DNA from: Eledone cirrhosa
Taxonomy: Eukaryota
Assembly: GCA_964016885.1 (NCBI GenBank)
Contig: OZ024744.1
Span: forward strand, 133,920,001-133,984,000
Length of the DNA: 64,000 nucleotides
Reading direction: 5' to 3'
Shown here: positions 60,101 to 64,000 of the stretch, one piece after another
Position numbering within the stretch: position 1 is the first letter of the stretch
Layout: each line of letters opens with the position of its first letter
Position numbers and translations under genes: made by a program
Notes under the pieces: generated by a model
What the model was told of the DNA's origin: nothing
The model's database searches: none
What the model saw: the letters and a program-made list of their open reading frames with translations, nothing else

Positions 60101-63100
60101 TTAAGTTAAGTTGGGGTTTATTTAAGTTGGGGTTAAATTAAGTTGGGGTTCAGTTAAGTTGGGGTTAAGATAAGTTGGGGTTAAGATGGGGTTAAATTAA
60201 GTTGGGGTTAAGTTAAGTTGGGGTTAAGTTAAGTTGGGGTTAAGTTAAGTTGGGGTTAAGTTAAGTCGGGGTTAAGTTAAGTCGGGGTTAAGTTAAGTTA
60301 GGGTTCAGTTAAGTTGGGGTTAAGTTAAGTTGGGGTTGAGTTAAGTTGGGGTTGAGTTAAATTGGAGTTGAGTTAAGTTGGGGTTGAGTTAAGTTGGTTT
60401 TGAGTTAAGTTGGGGTTAAGTTAAGTTGGGGTTAAGTTAAGTTGCAGTTAAGTTAAGTTGAGGTTAAGTTAAGGTGCGGTTAAGTTAAGTTGGGGCTAAG
60501 TTAAGTTGGGGCTAAGTTAAGTTGGGGCTAAGTTAAGTTGGGGTTAAGTTAAGTTGGGGTTAAGTTAAGTCGGGGTTAAGTTAAGTTGGGGTTAAGTTAA
60601 GTTGAGGTTAATTTAATTTGGGGTTAAGTTAAGTTGGGGTTAAGTTAAGTTGGGGCTAAGTTAAGTTGGGGTTAAGTTAAGTTGGGTTTAAGTTAAGTTG
60701 GGGTTAAGTTAAGTTGGGGTCAAGTTAAGTTGGGGTTAAGTTAAGTTGGTTAGTTAAGTTGAGTTTAAGTTAAGTTGGGGTTAATTTAAGTTGGGGTTAA
60801 GTTAAGTTGGGGTTAAGTTAAGTTGGGGTTAAGATAGGGTTAAATTAAGTTGGGGTTAAGTTAAGTTGGGGTTAAGTTAAGTTGGGGTTAAGTTAAGTTG
60901 GGGTTAAGTTAAGTCGGGGTTAAGTTAAGTCGGGGCTAAGTTAAGTTAGGGTTCAGTTAAGTTGGGGTTAAGTTAAGTTGGGGTTGAGTTAAGTTGGGGT
61001 TGAGTTAAATTGGGGTTGAGTTAAGTTGGGGTTGAGTTAAGTTGGTGTTGAGTTAAGTTGGGGTTAAGTTAAGTTGGGGTTAAGTTAAGTTGCAGTTAAG
61101 TTAAGTTGAGGTTAAGTTAAGGTGGGGTTAAGTTAAGTCGGGGTTAAGTTAAGTTGTGGTTGAGTTAAGTTGGGGTTAATTTAAGTTGGGGCTAAGTTAA
61201 TTTGTGGTTAAGTTAAGTTGGGGTTAAGTTAAGTTGGGGTTAAGTTAAGTTGGGGTTGAGTTAAGTTGGGGTTGAGTTAATTTGGGGTTAAGTTAAGTTG
61301 GGGTTAATTTAAGTTGGGTTTAAGTTAATTTGGGCTTAAATTAAGTTGGGGTTAAATTAAGTTGGGGTTAAGTTAAGTTGGGGGTAAGTTAAGTTGGCGG
61401 CAAGTTAAGTTGGGGTTAATTTAAGTTGGGGTTAAATTAAGTTGGGGTTACGTTAAGTTGGTGTTAAGTTAAGTTGGGGTTAATTTAAGTTGGGGTTAAT
61501 TAAGTTGGGGTTAAGTTAAGTTGGGGTCAAGTTAAGTTGGGGTTAATTTAAGTTGGGGTTGAGTTAAGTTGGGGTTAAGTTAAGTTGGGGTTATATTAAG
61601 TTGGGGTTAAGTTAAGTTGGGGTTCAGTTAAGTTGGGGATAAGTTAAGTTGGGGTTAAGTTAAGTTGGGGCTAAGTTAAGTTGGGGCTGAGTTAAGTTGG
61701 GGCTGAGTTAAGTTGGGGTTAAGTTAAGTTGGGGTTGAGTTAAGTTGGGGTTAAGTTAAGTTGGGGTCAAGTTAAGTTGGGGTTAAGTTGGGGTTAAGTT
61801 AAGTTAGGTTTAAGTTAAGTTGGGGTTAAGTTAAGTTGGGGTTAAGTTAAGTTGGTTAGTTAAGTTGAGTTTAAGTTAAGTTGGGGTTAATTTAAGTTGG
61901 GATTAAGTTAAGTTGGGGTTAAGTTAAGTTGGGGTTAAGTTAAGTTGGGGTTAAGTTAAGTTGGGGTTAAGTTAAGTCGGGGTTAATTTAAGTCGGGGTT
62001 AAGTTAAGTTAGGGTTCAGTTAAGTTGGGGTTAAGTTAAGTTGGGGTTGAGTTAAGTTGGGGTTGAGTTAAATTGGCGTTGAGTTAAGTTGGGGTTGAGT
62101 TAAGTTGGTGTTGAGTTAAGTTGGGGTTAAGTTAAGTTGGGGTTAAGTTAAGTTGCAGTTAAGTTAAGTTGAGGTTAAGTTAAGGTGGGGTTAAGTTAAG
62201 TCGGGGTTAAGTTAAGTTGTGGTTGAGTTAAGTTGGGGTTAATTTAAGTTGGGGCTAAGTTAATTTGTGGTTAAGTTAAGTTGGGGTTAAGTTAAGTTGG
62301 GGTTAAGTTAAGTTGGGGTTGAGTTAAGTTGGGGTTGAGTTAATTTGGGGTTAAGTTAAGTTGGGGTTAAGTTAAGTTGGGTTTAAGTTAAGTTGGGGTT
62401 AAATTAAGTTGGGTTTAAATTAAGGTGGGGTTAAGTTAAGTTGGGGGTAAGTTAAGTTGGGGGCAAGTTAAGTTGGGGTTAATTTAAGTTGGGGTTAAAT
62501 TAAGTTGGGGTTACGTTAAGTTGGTGTTAAGTTAAGTTGGGGTTAATTTAAGTTGGGGTTAATTAAGTTGGGGTTAATTTAAGTTGGGGTTAAGTTAAGT
62601 TGGGGTTAATTTAAGTTGGGGTTGAGTTAAGTTGGGGTTCAGTTAAGTTGGGGATAAGTTAAGTTGGGGTTAAGTTAAGTTGGGGTTAAGTTAAGTTGGG
62701 GTTAAGTTAAGTTGGTGTTAAGTTAAGTTGGGGCTAAGTTAAGTTGGGGCTGAGTTAAGTTGGGGCTGAGTTATGTTGGGGTTAAGTTAAGTTGGGGTTA
62801 AGTTAAGTTGGGGTTAATTTAAGTTGGGGTTTATTTAAGTTGGGGTTACGTTAAGTTGGTGTTAAGTTAAGTTGGGGTTAATTTAAGTTGGGGTTAATTA
62901 AGTTGGGGTTAAGTTAAGTTGGGGTTAATTTAAGTTGGGGTTGAGTTAAGTTGGGGTTAAGTTAAGTTGGGGTTATATTAAGTTGGGGTTAAGTTAAGTT
63001 GGGGTTCAGTTAAGTTGGGTATAAGTTAAGTTGGGGTTAAGTTAAGTTGGGGTTAAGTTAAGTTGGGGTTAAGTTAAGTTGGTGTTAAGTTAAGTTGGGG

Positions 63101-64000
63101 CTAAGTTAAGTTGGGGCTGAGTTAAGTTGGGGCTGAGTTAAGTTGGGGTTAAATTGGGGTCAAGTTAAGTTGGGGTTAAGTTGGGGTTAAGTTAAGTTAG
63201 GTTTAAGTTAAGTTGGGGTTAAGTTAAGTTGGGGTTAAGTTAAGTTGGGGTTAAGTTCATTTCTGGTTAAGTTAAGTTGGGGTAAAGTTAAGTTGGGGTT
63301 AAGTTAAGTCGGGGTTAAGTTAAGTTGGGGTTAAGTTAAGTTGGGGTTAATTTAAGTTGGGGTTAAGTTAAGTTGGGGTCAAGTTAAGTTGGGGTTAAGT
63401 TGGGGTTAAGTTAAGTTAGGTTTAAGTTAAGTTGGGGTTAAGTTAAGTTGGGGTTAAGTTAAGTTGGGGTTAAGTTAAGTTGGGGTTAAGTTAAGTTGGG
63501 GTTAAGTTAATTTGTGGTTAAGTTAAGTTGGGGTTAAGTTAAGTTGGGGTTAAGTTAAGTTGGGGTTAAGTTAAGTCGGGGTTAAGTTAAGTTGGGGTTA
63601 AGTTAAGTTGGGGTTAATTTAAGTTGGGGTTGAATTAAGTTGGGGTTAAGTTAAGTTGGGGTTAAATTAAGTTGGGGTTAAGTTAAGTTGGGGTTAAGTC
63701 AAGTTGGGGTTAAGTTAAGTTGGGGATAAGTTAAGTTGGGGATAATTTAAGTTGGGGTTAAGTTAAGTTGGGTTTAAGTTAAGTTGGGGTTAAGTTAAGT
63801 TGGGGTTAAGTTAAGTTGGGGTTAAGTTAAGTTGGGGTTAAGTTAAGTTGGGGTTAAGTTAAGTTGGGGCTAAGTTAAGTTGGGGCTGAGTTAAGTTGGG
63901 GTTAAGTTAAGTTGGGCTTAATTTAAGTCGGGGTTAAGTTAAGTTAGGGTTCAGTTAAGTTGGGGTTAAGTTAAGTTGGGGTTGAGTTAAGTTGGGGTTG
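51843..64000 (+). repeat. Tandem duplication with a 7,128-bp period (second copy from about 58,970, cut by the window end)
   Basis: Markers at offset 7,128: TTAATTAAG 51851/58979, GGGGTAATATT 52339/59467, GGGCTTAATT 56789/63917. One difference noticed (G56025 vs A63153). Confidence 0.88.
57237..57409 (-). repeat. Inverted island, copy 5
   Basis: Same block; reads identical to copy 4. Confidence 0.97.

Larger units (their letters stand above)
1..64000 (+). repeat. 16-bp tandem satellite array, consensus GTTGGGGTTAAGTTAA = (TTAAG)2TTGGGG, about 4,000 monomers, G-rich strand on +
   Basis: Read directly from start to end. Consensus is 6 G, 6 T, 4 A, 0 C. Substitution variants are common (TTGAG, CTAAG, CTGAG, ATAAG, TCAAG, TTCAG, TTACG, TTAAT, TTAAA, GGTG, GTGG, TCGGGG). 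Length variants of 11, 13, 15 and 21 bp occur. The array runs off both window ends. Confidence 0.99.
1..64000 (+). other. Continuous long-loop G-quadruplex-pattern sequence (G4-N12 repeated); i-motif pattern on the opposite strand
   Basis: GGGG tracts every 16 bp separated by 12-nt TTAAGTTAAGTT loops (7-nt loops at the 11-bp monomers). This is a pattern match only; folding is not shown. Confidence 0.5.

Noticed and set aside
1-64000. Protein-coding ORF or repeat protein
   Set aside because: Two TTAA per 16 bp give TAA on both strands, and the 16-bp period rotates them through all frames, so no sizeable ORF exists under the standard code. There is no coding-like signal either.
1-64000. CRISPR array or other repeat-spacer system
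   Set aside because: There are no unique spacers; sequence between G-tracts is the same 12-mer with point variants, and no cas genes are present.
1-64000. Telomerase-synthesised Tetrahymena-type (TTGGGG)n telomere
   Set aside because: TTGGGG is never tandem here, and kilobase-scale copied variant patterns are not what templated repeat addition produces.

Overview
The whole 64-kb window is one non-coding tandem array of a 16-bp G/T-rich monomer, consensus GTTGGGGTTAAGTTAA, i.e. (TTAAG)2-TTGGGG. The + strand almost lacks C. I see no genes, RNA genes, transposons or CRISPR spacers: TTAA is palindromic and the period (16) is not a multiple of 3, so all six frames are full of TAA stops. The array has layered structure. 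(i) Variant monomers are linked into fixed-order cassettes. (ii) These cassettes build multi-kb higher-order units with near-identical tandem duplications: 10,726 bp x2, 3,839 bp x3 and 7,128 bp (second copy truncated by the window end). (iii) A 173-bp strand-inverted island of the same repeat occurs five times (starts 11160, 18912, 29638, 39622, 57237). Each island opens with a 54-bp perfect palindrome centred on GGGGTT|AACCCC, and a sixth is predicted at about 64,365. The motif is telomere-like (TTGGGG core; TTAAGTTGGGG is one base from the bee telomere motif TTAGGTTGGGG), but the copied variant patterns point to recombination or replication-based amplification, not direct telomerase synthesis. 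It is most likely eukaryotic satellite or (sub)telomeric DNA; the organism cannot be determined from the sequence. All periods were measured by hand from marker variants, not by full alignment.
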